A DNA stretch of 63,949 nucleotides, counting the filler, from Mitosporidium daphniae (lineage: Eukaryota), in the NCBI RefSeq assembly GCF_000760515.2. It is 8 parts of 8 records of this genome, joined end to end, with 100 filler letters (N's around TTAATTAATTAA, not from the genome) between each part and the next. Parts side by side here need not be neighbours in the genome. Positions count along the whole stretch, not along the records: positions 16,656 to 24,803 come from NW_013546660.1; positions 24,904 to 33,045 come from NW_013546659.1; 6 more parts are not named here. One strand, given 5' to 3'. The position numbers were made by a program, and so were the translations under genes. The notes beneath the pieces were generated by a model that saw nothing but the letters and a program-made list of their open reading frames with translations, made no database searches and was not told the origin of the DNA. Numbering within the stretch: position 1 is the stretch's first letter; each line of letters starts with the position of its first letter. Positions 22,009 through 32,975 of this stretch are shown here, piece after piece.

Positions 22009-23358
22009 ATGTGTTTTGAGAAGCTCTTTAATATTTTTTTTGGTAAGGTTTGCCATAATCGTAAAGGGGAGAGTGACATGCATCATCATGCGTGTACGCA
22101 GAAGCCCATAATGATGCCAAAAAAAACAGCCTCGCCACCCTGGAAATCGATCGCTGAATACAACTCAAAAGAAGCCAAGATGTTGTCCGCTAAGATCGAC
22201 AGGAAGCTGCAGGCAGATCGGATCATATCTGAAATGGAAATAAAACTTCTTCTTCTCGGAACCGGCGAGTCTGGAAAGTCCACAATTATGAAGCAAATGA
22301 AGGTGATTCATAATAACGGATATCACAAGACAGAGCTACTGGCCTTTAGGAGGGATATTCATCGCAATCTTCTGGAATCCATCCAACAGCTTTTGGCCTC
22401 TCTTTCCAGCTTGTCTATTGACATTTGTGACCTTGATCGGCTGGATGTGTCGCCTTTTTTTCATCGACGTAAATATTCGATGGAGGAAAAGATTGCTTTT
22501 CAAAATGCAGTCGCCCTCATACTGCGCGCGCAGACCTCCGCTTGCGACCGAATTGGAATAGGTAGCAATGGAGGCACTCCCCCTCCATCATCGGCCTCTG
22601 TCCTCTCAGCAGCAAATGGAAGAAACTGGGATCTCATTGATCGGCCGATGGCCGATGCAATAAAGTTGCTTTGGCGGACGACTGGGTTGCGAAAGCATTT
22701 TGACAAGCTTGCGCATTCGAGCTATATCCTATGCCAAGCCCCTTACTTTCTGGATAATGTTGAACGGATAGCGATGCCGGGATATATCCCCACCATTCAA
22801 GATGTGCTCCGCGCACGAATCAAGACAACAGGCATTTCAGAAACACGCTTTAGAATCAGATCTGGCCACTACTCCCCCTCTGTATGTATGATCGATGTTG
22901 GGGGCCAAATCTCGGAAAGGAAAAAGTGGATCCACTGTTTTGAATCCGTAACAGCGATCCTGTTTTGCGTGTCGCTTTCGGAATATGACCAGGTGTTGCT
23001 AGAAGATCCCTCTCAATCCAGATTTTTAGACTCCCTCTTGCTATTTGAGAGCATTGTCAACTCCCAGTGGTTCAAAAACACGATTATCATTTTATTTTTG
23101 AATAAGATTGATTTATTCAAGAACAAGCTTGCAGTTTCTCCTCTTTCAAGCTACTTTGAAGATTATGACGGGCCTCCAAATGACTTTGAGCATGCAGCCA
23201 CCTTTATCCAGACAAAGTTTCTTGCTTTAAACCATTCTGGCTTGCCAATATATACGCATTTTACCTGTGCCACAGATACCCGGCAAATAGAAACCGTGTT
23301 TGCCGCCATTAAGGAAGCAATTCTCAGTAGGGCGCTCAAAGAAACAGGGCTGTTGTGA
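22009..23358 (+). CDS. Heterotrimeric G-protein alpha subunit, fungal group III-like
   Basis: GTGESGKST, RIKTTGI, DVGGQ, KKWIHCFE, LSEYDQVLLE, LFLNKID, TCATDT, VFAAIKEAIL..ALKETGLL. Confidence 0.95.
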   Translation: MCFEKLFNIFFGKVCHNRKGESDMHHHACTQKPIMMPKKTASPPWKSIAEYNSKEAKMLSAKIDRKLQADRIISEMEIKLLLLGTGESGKSTIMKQMKVIHNNGYHKTELLAFRRDIHRNLLESIQQLLASLSSLSIDICDLDRLDVSPFFHRRKYSMEEKIAFQNAVALILRAQTSACDRIGIGSNGGTPPPSSASVLSAANGRNWDLIDRPMADAIKLLWRTTGLRKHFDKLAHSSYILCQAPYFLDNVERIAMPGYIPTIQDVLRARIKTTGISETRFRIRSGHYSPSVCMIDVGGQISERKKWIHCFESVTAILFCVSLSEYDQVLLEDPSQSRFLDSLLLFESIVNSQWFKNTIIILFLNKIDLFKNKLAVSPLSSYFEDYDGPPNDFEHAATFIQTKFLALNHSGLPIYTHFTCATDTRQIETVFAAIKEAILSRALKETGLL

Positions 23359-23575
23359 TTGTATTGGTGTTTGGGTTGTCTTGGTTTGGTTGATTGAATT
23401 GGGGCCGCATTGTATTTAATAAATTTGTTTTATTAATTGGCAGTACCTCAATGTGTTTGTAAAGCTTTGGGTTAACAAACTCAGCGCATGATATTAAATA
23501 ATTTGACATTAATTAAAATTGTGTGTGATACCGATTAGGATTAAACTACGCTTTTGATTGGCCTTTAAATTTTTT

Positions 23576-24803
23576 ATGAGTAAGCTCCAAAAACAACTTC
23601 TGTTTCTCGAGTTGGCAGTGGCTAGTATCAATGGCTGCTTTTGTGATAGCAATACTGCCTTAAAAACTCAAAATCGGACATCAAATCCAGACTTAGATCT
23701 AAGAAAGGTCCAATCTCAACACATTCCTGGCGTCGCCAACATTCTCACCAACAAAAAACATAAAGGGCTACAGATGGAGCGCCCTGTTGATAATACAGAC
23801 GTTTCATCTGAAAAAAAGGATGCAGATCGCAATGTGATTGGCATTTTGGCCTTTACAAAGAACATCTTTTGTATCCATAAAACCTTGGTTGATTTTTTCA
23901 ACGGCTTCTCCCTATTTACTTCATGCATTCCATCCATTATGCCATCATATAAGACCATATGCTCAATTAAACATTCCATCTTTACATGCACGCTATCTCG
24001 TGTGAGCATCTTACGCATCCTAAAGCATCTTCTTAAGCAGCTTTATGTGTTTGTATTGACCCGTTTTTGGCCAACAGTCTGGTATTTCTTCCTCGTGTTT
24101 ATCCATATGGAGTGTTTCTGTAGGTTTTATACAAGTATTTTCGGTGTTTCCACTCTACTGCGTCCTGGATTCAATAATGCGCCTTTCTGTGACATGCTTG
24201 ACGCTGTGATGACTAAATCTTTGAACAACACGTCTATTTTTCCTTCGCTTAAATATGTCTACTTTTACGGATGGAACTATTCTCCTGAGATTCCTGTAAT
24301 TTTAGACCGGTTGCCTTTCCCTGTTAACCATATCATTAAGTTTCCGATGCCGAATATATTTTCGTCTTATTTCTACCAGATAATTACATTTATAGAAGAG
24401 CTTTTTGTGAAAGGTTTCCTGATAAATTATCCTTTTCTTTTGACAACTTATACTTCGTTTTTTGGCCTCTTAAGGGATACCTTTGGGCTTCCCTTGGCTT
24501 CTTACATAATTTCGCCTGTTTTATGCACTTTACAAAACTTTATGGACTATCTTTTTGACACTTTAGTCAAGAACCCGTATTTAAGTACTTTACAACCCTT
24601 CTTTATAGATATGAGCACACGTATCAAACGGCTTCTAATCGCTATTCGTGCCACAACTACATGTGGATCTCCTCTCTTGCCTAATATTACCCAAGTTTAT
24701 CTACAAAAAGCACAATTCTGTTTTATTTCGCTTATAGATTTCCTTTCCCCTGTCATTGAAGCATTTAGATACATGTTAGAGTTCGTGTCAATAAAGAAGG
24801 GTT
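23576..24803 (+). CDS. Hypothetical secreted/membrane protein, 3' end lost in gap
   Basis: Long ORF with a putative signal peptide, polar N-region and F/L-rich remainder. Confidence 0.55.
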
Positions 24804-25098
24804 NNNNNNNNNNNNNNNNNNNNNNNNNNNNNNNNNNNNNNNNNNNNTTAATTAATTAANNNNNNNNNNNNNNNNNNNNNNNNNNNNNNNNNNNNNNNNN
24901 NNNCAGCATGTGAATCTGCATCTGTATGTGTATGTGAATCTGCATCCTTACGTGTGTATGAAAGTCAGAATCCGTACTAGCCAAGAATTAATGCCAGTAA
25001 AAAATAAATAAACCCGTTAGATATGGGGGCCTTTGGCTAATGTGGAAAAATCACCCGGTTATACAGCAGGCAAGTTTTTATTTATGATTCGGTACGCA

Positions 25099-26547
25099 TT
25101 AGGAAGAATGAGGCTTCACAGGCTGACAAGAGTTTTTTGCACCATCTGTCAATGATTCTTTACTAGTGGTTTTGACCAAATAATTGCTAAGAATTAATCC
25201 GAAAAGCAAGATGAAAACAGGAAGGAAATAAACGCTCTTTAGGATGGTCAGGGTCTTTGAAAAAGTCATCAGTTCAAAAGAGACGAAAAATATATACACA
25301 ATAAAGTGAAGCATTAAGGCTTTAAAAATAGTTGGGACAGATGCCATTAAGGCATTGAGCTTTGGATTGAGAGCAAGGATCCGTATATTATCGTCGATCA
25401 GCAAAAGAAGAAACTCGGCTGCAAAACAATGATAATAGCCGTAATGGAAACCATGCCATATACAAAGAAACGATAGAGTCAACACCATTGACAGCCATTT
25501 TTTCTTGAAAATCGCGCACCTTTTGAAAATATATTGTTTCCCAAAGGCGTTGGTCTTTATGTTAAAAGAATCGACAATCTCCCTAAACCCGCTTGAAGAT
25601 TCAAACAGAGACAGCCTAAAATTCATCAGTCTTGAGACCACCTCGCCGCTTTTTTCATCGGTAGTGCAAAAAGAATTTCCACCTAAAAAGCTAGCACCCT
25701 CAACAAGGATCCAAACGCCAAAATATTTCATCAAAACAGTCCTTCCAGAAATCATTAAGTATGCAAGCTTATAGGCCAGTCCTTTTGATGCAAATTGATC
25801 TGTAAGTGCAAAAGAGCAGGGAGTCAAAATTGAGAATATTTGATACCCTGCTAGGTAAATGGAGCCCAAGAAAAATGAGTGCAATGATCGTTTATTCAAG
25901 TCTTGGTTGGTAGCTTTATCAGTAACAATCGAATGGTAAGAGTTATAAATAATAGATGGGCCGACTAAAAGCGTAAAGCAGCAATAGGAGTAACCCATAA
26001 AAGCATCAATGGTGGGTAGCCTCACGAAGCTCTGGGGGGTAGATGGTGTGAATCGGCCCCAATTATAATCATACATGTCGATTACAATTGAGATGTTTCT
26101 TAAGCATAGTAGAGATTGGAGAAGAGTAATGTCTATATCATATTCAGAAGTTTCGAACCATGCGTACAACAGCAACAGATAGGCAAAGTTAAAGGCAAAG
26201 TTAAAAATCGTCAAATAAAAACAAAGTTGTTTACAAAATTCGTTTTTGGGGTATAGAAAAGAGGCCAAATTGAGCGTCGAAAATGTCACAATCGAGGAAT
26301 AAATGCAGTACTTCATATCGCCGCCAATGCAAAACCAACCCAATACGAGCCCAGCGCCGCCCATATACACATTACATGCCAAATCGTGGTTTTTGTACGA
26401 GCTGGAATGCACCCATTTATACCCGGCCGCGAGTGGATACAGCAATAGCAAGGAGATCAAGATTTTCAGGCCTTGTACGGGAACTTTTAAGACCTCTGCA
26501 ATGGGGAGCAATAGAATATTGATGTAGAGATATGCTTGTCCGAACAT
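25099..26547 (-). CDS. ALE1: MBOAT lysophospholipid acyltransferase (ALE1/LPCAT3-like)
   Basis: Multi-TM; LLVGP, KYFGVWILVEG, FNIKTN, WHGFHYGYY with the catalytic His. Confidence 0.85.
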   Translation of the reverse strand: MFGQAYLYINILLLPIAEVLKVPVQGLKILISLLLLYPLAAGYKWVHSSSYKNHDLACNVYMGGAGLVLGWFCIGGDMKYCIYSSIVTFSTLNLASFLYPKNEFCKQLCFYLTIFNFAFNFAYLLLLYAWFETSEYDIDITLLQSLLCLRNISIVIDMYDYNWGRFTPSTPQSFVRLPTIDAFMGYSYCCFTLLVGPSIIYNSYHSIVTDKATNQDLNKRSLHSFFLGSIYLAGYQIFSILTPCSFALTDQFASKGLAYKLAYLMISGRTVLMKYFGVWILVEGASFLGGNSFCTTDEKSGEVVSRLMNFRLSLFESSSGFREIVDSFNIKTNAFGKQYIFKRCAIFKKKWLSMVLTLSFLCIWHGFHYGYYHCFAAEFLLLLIDDNIRILALNPKLNALMASVPTIFKALMLHFIVYIFFVSFELMTFSKTLTILKSVYFLPVFILLFGLILSNYLVKTTSKESLTDGAKNSCQPVKPHSS

Positions 26548-26811
26548 TGATGGATGGAATCAATTTAAATTGGCTTTTGCGCATCGCATATCGAGTATTT
26601 AAAAAGAATTTAAAATAAATTTTTTTATGCATCTTAGTGTACGATGATACTTCGTGCTTTGAAGTCTCCATCGAAGGGAATAAAGATGCTATACTGAATG
26701 TGGACTGCTTTAAATCTCCGATCGGCATTACCCATTGCTGTAAGGTACGCGAGTTGTCTATAGCTTAAATATAAATGAAATTGCCTAAAGCTTAAATACC
26801 AATCAAGTAAT

Positions 26812-27684
26812 TTATTTGGATCCCTTGCTGGACCCAAATCCCATGCACCGCTTTTGCCCCTTGTCGGGAGAGTATAGGATACCGAGTTCGGCATATTTTT
26901 CCTTAACCTTAATCCAGTTTGAATGAAGTTCTTCTTTGGCTTCATGCTCATCGAGTGTTAGCAGTTGTTTATCGATTTCTGAATTTTCAGGAATAGCGAC
27001 CAGGGATTCATTAAAGGTCCCCAATATTAAATCCCGAATTTGTAAACAATCGGGGGGTTCAGACCCCCCAGGAAATCGGGTTTGTGATTGCGAAACCATC
27101 ATCCCACAAGCCGGACAGACCCCCAGGAACTTGGAGATGGAAGGAGAATCCTCCAGCTTCGTTTCGCTGATTTCCTAGCAGAATTAAAAATATTTCCACG
27201 AAATGCCTTTTTTTGAAGAGATATCAGAGAGGCGAGATCATCTGCTGAATAAGACCGTGAATCCAACATCGATCTTATCTTGACATCTCGTTCTGTGACC
27301 TACATTAAATGATTCAAAGTATTTGCTAAACTTGATCAGGAAAGAGAGGCATAGTCTTTCGAAATAAGCGCAGGGAATTTTCAAGGAAACACATTTGTTT
27401 CAGCACCAGTAAGGATTCTAGCTTTTCGAACAGTAGCTTCTCATGGTTTCTTTCAAGATAAGGAATTGAATTGGTGAGCATTGGCTCACCGCTATCTTGG
27501 TCTGTTGAGATTCCCCAGTTTCCCCTTGATTGATACTCGCTTAGAATTTCTTTGGAATGTAAATAAGGACAGCTCTATAAAATAAGCACTTGAGATCACA
27601 CTCTAAATCCACCTTTAGGAACAGTTGGGAGGTACAGAGACCGCCCAAAAACTCGCTACAAACATCTCTGTCGTTAACAAACAT
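26812..27684 (-). CDS. LUC7: Divergent LUC7-like U1 snRNP protein
   Basis: Reconstructed with introns 27575-27612, 27300-27331 and 27175-27206: DVCSEFLGGLC...SCPYLHS (ZnF1), VCPACG...HEAKEELHSNWIKVKEKYAEL (ZnF2). Confidence 0.6.
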
Positions 27685-27757
27685 TAAAAAATGGCTAAAT
27701 TTATCGATTTAATGCATAAACGAATGCTTCATTGGTCCATGCTGGAGTGCTCGCTGA

Positions 27758-27835
27758 TTACTTAGATCTGGCTCTCATTTGCTTCCTCTTGCGCTTTAGA
27801 CGGCGTTGGCGCTTCTTCTTCCACTTTTCTCTCAT
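27758..27835 (-). CDS. RPL41: Ribosomal protein eL41 (25 aa)
   Basis: Translates to MREKWKKKRQRRLKRKRKQMRARSK*, the canonical L41 sequence; too short for the ORF track. Confidence 0.95.
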   Translation of the reverse strand: MREKWKKKRQRRLKRKRKQMRARSK

Positions 27836-28007
27836 TTTACTACTAGGTTAATATATGAAAACAAAGATATCAAATTATGAATGCAAAGGAGCAGATGTGG
27901 CAATGGATGATATTTTAGGTTGTTTTAAGAATTGTGCATGTATTAGTAGCTTACTGGGGATGTTTTTGGAATTTGGACAAATTAAAAACATTCAACTGAA
28001 AATTTAT

Positions 28008-28022
28008 ACCCTAATTTAGGGT
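28008..28022. promoter_or_regulatory. Palindromic telomere-type box ACCCTAA-T-TTAGGGT in the RPL41/MRPL31 divergent promoter
   Basis: Perfect 7-bp inverted pair between two divergent ribosomal protein genes. Confidence 0.55.
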
Positions 28023-28066
28023 TACTCAATTTGATTTTGAAAAGGTTTTTTGCTCCCTTTGTTGGA

Positions 28067-28459
28067 ATGGGGTTTCCGTCGTTCCTCTCCATCAGATCAT
28101 ATGGTGGTCTTGTTATGTAATTGCTAATTATTTTTCTTTAGGAAAAAAGCATTTAAACTAAGCGATTCAAGAAAGCGCAATATTAGGCTTCGCTTAAAAC
28201 AGGTTGAGCACAACCTCAATGTTTTGAATTATTCCAACGTCCATGTTGCATCATTGGTTTGTGCCTCTTATTGGTTGACTGCTCATCATAGGACACTTTA
28301 AATGCCATTCCTCGCTATTCAACATTGCGGCCTTTGGACAAATATACGTTTTGGTCTAAAAGGGAGCAGAGGAGGCTTCCGGTTCATTTCCTTGCAAAGT
28401 ATACAAAAGTGGATGCCCCAGTTGGATCACATCGTTTATTTTTATTTGATAAAAAGTAA
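28067..28459 (+). CDS. MRPL31: Mitochondrial ribosomal protein mL60 (MRPL31)
   Basis: Introns 28117-28141 and 28257-28291 give ...GGLVMKKAFKLSDSRKRNIRLRLKQVE...PLDKYTFWSK...VHFLAKYTKV, matching the yeast pattern GGLLWK...RLRNVD...KDKYWTFDKK...IHKVPKWTK. Confidence 0.8.
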
Positions 28460-28478
28460 ATTGTTCACTTTTCGTTCG

Positions 28479-29123
28479 CTAGGATGGCGGTGGGTGGAAC
28501 TGAGGAGGAGGAGGAGGAGGCATCATCATGTTCTGAGGAAGAGGGGGCACCATTCCATGTGACATCATTGAAAGCGGTGGCATCATTCCGTGGGGCATCA
28601 CAGGAGGGGGAGGCATCATTCCTGGAGAGATTCCGGGAATCATGGGCATGGGTGGCGGTCTGGCCGATGCAGGCATTGCAGTGCCGCCTGCAACGCCTCT
28701 AATAGCCCCTGCCAGCCCAGGAGCAGGCCCAGCAGCACCGGGCATCAGTGGGGCATTTGCGGTTTTCTGGAAATGTGCAGAGGCAGAAAGATCTGGAGGG
28801 GGGCCCGCTTCAACAACGATGGATATGACGTTTTCTCCACGAAGTACAAGCAGACCAAGAGTTCGCCTTTCTTCCATATTTGCAGCAAGAGCCGCAATTG
28901 ATGGCGAAAGTCCTTGAGAAAGTGCCTTTTTCTTGGAAGAAGAAATTGCAGAGGCTTTCTTTGTCCTTCTGAACTCTTCACAATCTGAGAGCACCAAATT
29001 CATGTGTTTATCAAAGGCAATCAATTGGCCTACAAGAACCCTTCCGTCTTGAAGGGTCACTCGTAGCCTGTAGTTGATAAGCGCAGTCATCTTGGAATAT
29101 CTAGCTGTCCCACTTCCTGCCAT
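28479..29123 (-). CDS. SMB1: snRNP protein SmB
   Basis: LINYRLRVTLQDGR, AFDKHMNLVLSDCEEFR, RTLGLLVLRGENVIS, Pro/Met-rich tail. Confidence 0.97.
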   Translation of the reverse strand: MAGSGTARYSKMTALINYRLRVTLQDGRVLVGQLIAFDKHMNLVLSDCEEFRRTKKASAISSSKKKALSQGLSPSIAALAANMEERRTLGLLVLRGENVISIVVEAGPPPDLSASAHFQKTANAPLMPGAAGPAPGLAGAIRGVAGGTAMPASARPPPMPMIPGISPGMMPPPPVMPHGMMPPLSMMSHGMVPPLPQNMMMPPPPPPQFHPPPS

Positions 29124-29415
29124 GCACTAAATTAATATTTTTAAATTTTACTTGAACTTAAAAGAATGTAAAATGCAACGGACCAAGGAGCAGCCGTGTG
29201 TATGCTAACCAATTCGCATTAGTTGGTTAATTTGTGAGCGGTTCCGATTTATTATTTTCAATGCCAAACGAGAAATAAAGATATTAAAGACCATGTGCTG
29301 CCGGCAAAAAAGTTACGGTAAAGCCTTTGATTGGCTGTTTTTCCGTTGTGGAGGTAATATGCAAATTAAATTTTAAATTACACCTGTTTGTGGTTGGCTT
29401 TTTAATTTTTGTTGA

Positions 29416-30732
29416 ATGCAACTTTTGTTATTCATTATCATTTTGACTTTTGTCACCCAATGCCATTATTCACATTCTTCTAAGAATCAGAACAAGAATG
29501 AAGATGAGATTTATAATTCAGATTTTTCAAAAGACTATCGTAAGTCTAACGACGATTCAGGCTTTTCATCTAATTCTCATAAAACAAATGTTAAAGATCC
29601 AAACTTCATCACCAGATCTGTGGGATCTCATTCTAAGCCCTGGATGAATTATTTTCAGCAATATTTGAGCTTTACTTCGTATATTAAGCACAAGGTAAGC
29701 ATGTTTATTTCGGGTATCTCCAGTTGGTTTCTAAGCGTTCTGAGCATATGCACGTATTTGCCAAAGCCCATTTCTATTCTGATTCGAATTTTCTTTGATT
29801 TGCTAGAGTTTCATTCCTTTGTCTTTTTTCATCGCGAGTTTATAAATCCGCCCATAGAAATGGTTTATAAAGTGTTATCGTTAGATATATTCTCGCCAGA
29901 AGACAATGGAGTAAAATCCTCTTCTTCAGAAAATGATACTCCGTTTGTCAGTTTACTTAAAGAAATAGATCTCGAGCTTTCCAGCCATGAAGTTTTTCCT
30001 TCTTTTATATTTGCAATATTCTCTATAACTAATTCAAAGATCAACAGCTATTTAGCTAAAGTAGTACCATTTATTACAGGCCTTTTTTCCGTCTCAATTT
30101 TTTTAGCAGAATATATTTTTATGTTTTTCTTATTTCGCTTCAAATATCATCTGATTAGATATTTTGAGGATGCTTTTTTGAAAAGGTGCGGTTCATTTTT
30201 GAGTACTTATATCTTTATGATAAACTGTATCAAAGTATTCACAATGAAATTTGTGCATCTCCTTGTTCTTCCGTATTTCAATTTCTTGGAAAAGTTTTGT
30301 ACTTATTTTTACTCGTTGCTTTCTGTCTTAATCAAACCGATTTTCAACTTTCTGTTATCTAAGTTTCCTTTTCTCGGTCCTTTTATAAATTTTTTAATAT
30401 ATTTATCGTCCCGTATAACTGAGGGCTTTCGTTTTATCGCTGCCAATATTAAGATTGCTTTGGATTACAGCAATTCCTTCATGGTGAACGCTCTAGAACT
30501 ATCTGGAAACCTTTTTGACACTTTTTTGGATTACAAACATGCCGTTGTAGAGATATCTGAAGACCTAGTCTCAACTATCTCAAATAGCACTGAAAACTAT
30601 CTGGCCCCACCACCGCCTCCCATAGCGACACAAATCGAACTTGACAAAGAGTGCCAAAAAAGACTTGGTGGTGGAAACGGTGGAACGTCTATTTTTGATC
30701 TAGAAGGCGAAAAAAAAAGGTTGAGGTTGTAA
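29416..30732 (+). CDS. Hypothetical signal-peptide membrane protein
   Basis: Signal peptide, S/N-rich segment, F-rich hydrophobic body. Confidence 0.65.
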   Translation: MQLLLFIIILTFVTQCHYSHSSKNQNKNEDEIYNSDFSKDYRKSNDDSGFSSNSHKTNVKDPNFITRSVGSHSKPWMNYFQQYLSFTSYIKHKVSMFISGISSWFLSVLSICTYLPKPISILIRIFFDLLEFHSFVFFHREFINPPIEMVYKVLSLDIFSPEDNGVKSSSSENDTPFVSLLKEIDLELSSHEVFPSFIFAIFSITNSKINSYLAKVVPFITGLFSVSIFLAEYIFMFFLFRFKYHLIRYFEDAFLKRCGSFLSTYIFMINCIKVFTMKFVHLLVLPYFNFLEKFCTYFYSLLSVLIKPIFNFLLSKFPFLGPFINFLIYLSSRITEGFRFIAANIKIALDYSNSFMVNALELSGNLFDTFLDYKHAVVEISEDLVSTISNSTENYLAPPPPPIATQIELDKECQKRLGGGNGGTSIFDLEGEKKRLRL

Positions 30733-30768
30733 AACTCTTTGAACTAGATGAAAAGTCGACAGATATAG

Positions 30769-30830
30769 ATACAGCTAAACTTACACCTACAGATACACCT
30801 ATACCTATACCTACAGCTGCAGCTGCAGCT
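30769..30830. repeat. Degenerate hexamer microsatellite (ACAGAT/ACACCT/ATACCT/GCAGCT)
   Basis: Visible 6-nt periodicity downstream of the 29416-30732 gene. Confidence 0.6.
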
Positions 30831-31108
30831 TAAACTATCTAGCGTGACGAGCGGAAATTAAGCCTCAATATTACCTAATAAAGTCTCTAGATTATAAGAT
30901 ATTTATTCGTTAAGCTAAATTCAGATTACCCCATTTGTAAGAAATAAATTCAAGCCACTTTTTGTCGCTCATTATACGTTTTTAATTCCCGGTGAAAAAG
31001 TTTAAATTGGTGTATTTTCTGATGTAAACCAATGCGCAATTTTATTTCACAGTTTCCTAATTGACAGCTCTAGAAGAGGGATTGACATGAAAAGTGGCGT
31101 CTAAATTA

Positions 31109-31914
31109 TTATTTGATAAAATCAATGGGAGGAGCCGAATCAAATGCGATTTCCCAAATAGATGTAACAAAAAACAAGAAAAACAACAATGCCCCAGCCA
31201 GGGTGACTACAAATAAAAAAGAATGTTCCACCTTTTCTGATGGAAAGTCGAGTAGCAATAAATGAACCACCTATAACAGCAGTCCCAGTACAGATAATGT
31301 GGCCTAAAATGGATCCTAAAAGTACACCGGGCAGATTCTATTTGTCGAAATTTGAGATATCTTACCTTGGAAGTGGCTAAAGCAATCGTGGCAAGTTGTG
31401 ATCGATCTCCCCATTCGGCAATAAGCGTAAGAATAAACGACTTGGAGAAGAGAAATTCCCCAGGCTTCTTAGATTGTTCCTTATTTTTATCATTGTCACT
31501 ATCCTCATGCTTATCGTTGTCGCGAAACGATAGGACACTTGTAAAACTGTGAGATCCCTCTTGTTCCCTCTCTATTCGAGCCGGAGATAATGTTGAGGAT
31601 GATACAGCAAGTGAAGATGCCGTCGAGGGCTGGGATAATATTGCCTCCCTAACCATCAGAACAGAAAACATGAAAAACAGCAATGTCGAGGCAATTTTTG
31701 TATAAAGCATCGGAATCCAAGTGAAAATAAACCCCCCTAATAGAACACTTAGCAAACTCATCAAGGCCAAAGCTAAGATACTTCCAAGAAAAACTTTGAC
31801 CTTGTCATGACGGCGAGATCGCATTGACAAGACAGCAGCCAGGAAAAAAGTTTTGTCGCAAAATTCGGAAATTAGAATCATCACAAATGCAGAAAAAAAA
31901 CCATCCCAATACAT
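31109..31914 (-). CDS. GDT1: GDT1/TMEM165 (UPF0016) cation antiporter
   Basis: SEFCDKTFF and AEWGDRSQ motifs; two short 3' introns extend it to GHIICTGTAVIGG...VTLAGALLF. Confidence 0.9.
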
Positions 31915-32103
31915 AGTCGATGTATGGTTCTTAAGGGACTCAAAAAACCTAAAAAAGATTTTAATAGCTTACGCGGTCCAGTAATCCATTTGCTAGGTGT
32001 GACAAGGAGAGAAACGGAAAAATGAAATTAAAAATTAACTTCAAAATTTTAAAAAATTGACCATTCTTGGAATCCTATTTGCCAATTTGGATAGTTTTTT
32101 CTC

Positions 32104-32826
32104 ATGGATCCTACCTTAAGAAATGGGATTTTCTCCACCATCTTGACTCTATTCCTTTTACTTGGCGTTGCTCTCTTTATTCTAAAGTTCTATCCTCCCG
32201 AGGAGAGTTCTTTTGATCCGTTTAAGATTTACAACAAAACCATCGCTTCCAATTTACATGGCGATATAGCGCCAAATCAGGCGGTCTGGAAAAATGATTC
32301 CAATATCAAATTGAACATTATTACCAACGAAACGGACATAATTACAATCAAGGATCCTATTCCGCATTTTATAGAGCCATCGAGCTTTCTGTACATACTT
32401 TTTTCTAGTTATGAAAGTCCCATAAGGCTGATATTGAGCTTATCCATCGGTGGAGCAATTGGATTCATCATTTCGCAACTTTTGCAATCAAAATCAAAAA
32501 TGTTTGTGAGCGTCTCCAACCAGAACCATGAGCCAAAATTAAACTTCAAACAAATAGCCATTCGAATAGCCCTGCCAATGCTATTACATATGTATTTGCT
32601 TCACACAACCCTCGCCGCAGTATATGGCTTCATATGGAAGCAGGAGCCGGGGGACACTTGGGACAAACTCTTGAAGGCTGTTGGCGCTACAGGTAACCCT
32701 AATTATTGTTGATATATTTTAGCAATGCTTATAATAACATGGATTTTGTGGATGGTGCTGGGCGCGATAATTTATTCACTACCTTTCAGAAATTTATTGA
32801 AGGAAATATTTTTAATTTATAAATAA
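32104..32826 (+). CDS. Hypothetical membrane protein
   Basis: N-terminal TM, polar loop, further TMs; an intron at 32693-32722 extends it to a TAA overlapping AATAAA. Confidence 0.6.
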
Positions 32827-32975
32827 ATCTTTAAAATTAAAATTAAATTTAATTAAAATCAGGCTTATCATCCAATAGGAACGTCACTTTTAACAGAACT
32901 CTTTCGCACCAATCAACAGAATCACAATGGGTATATAAGCGGTGCATTTTTCCTTATCATAAATCGTATTTCAAC

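Noticed and set aside
24904..24960. Short repeats (ATGTGAATCTGCATC x2) as CRISPR or transposon end
   Set aside because: Only two copies within low-complexity sequence at a contig edge; eukaryotic context with no spacers or transposase.
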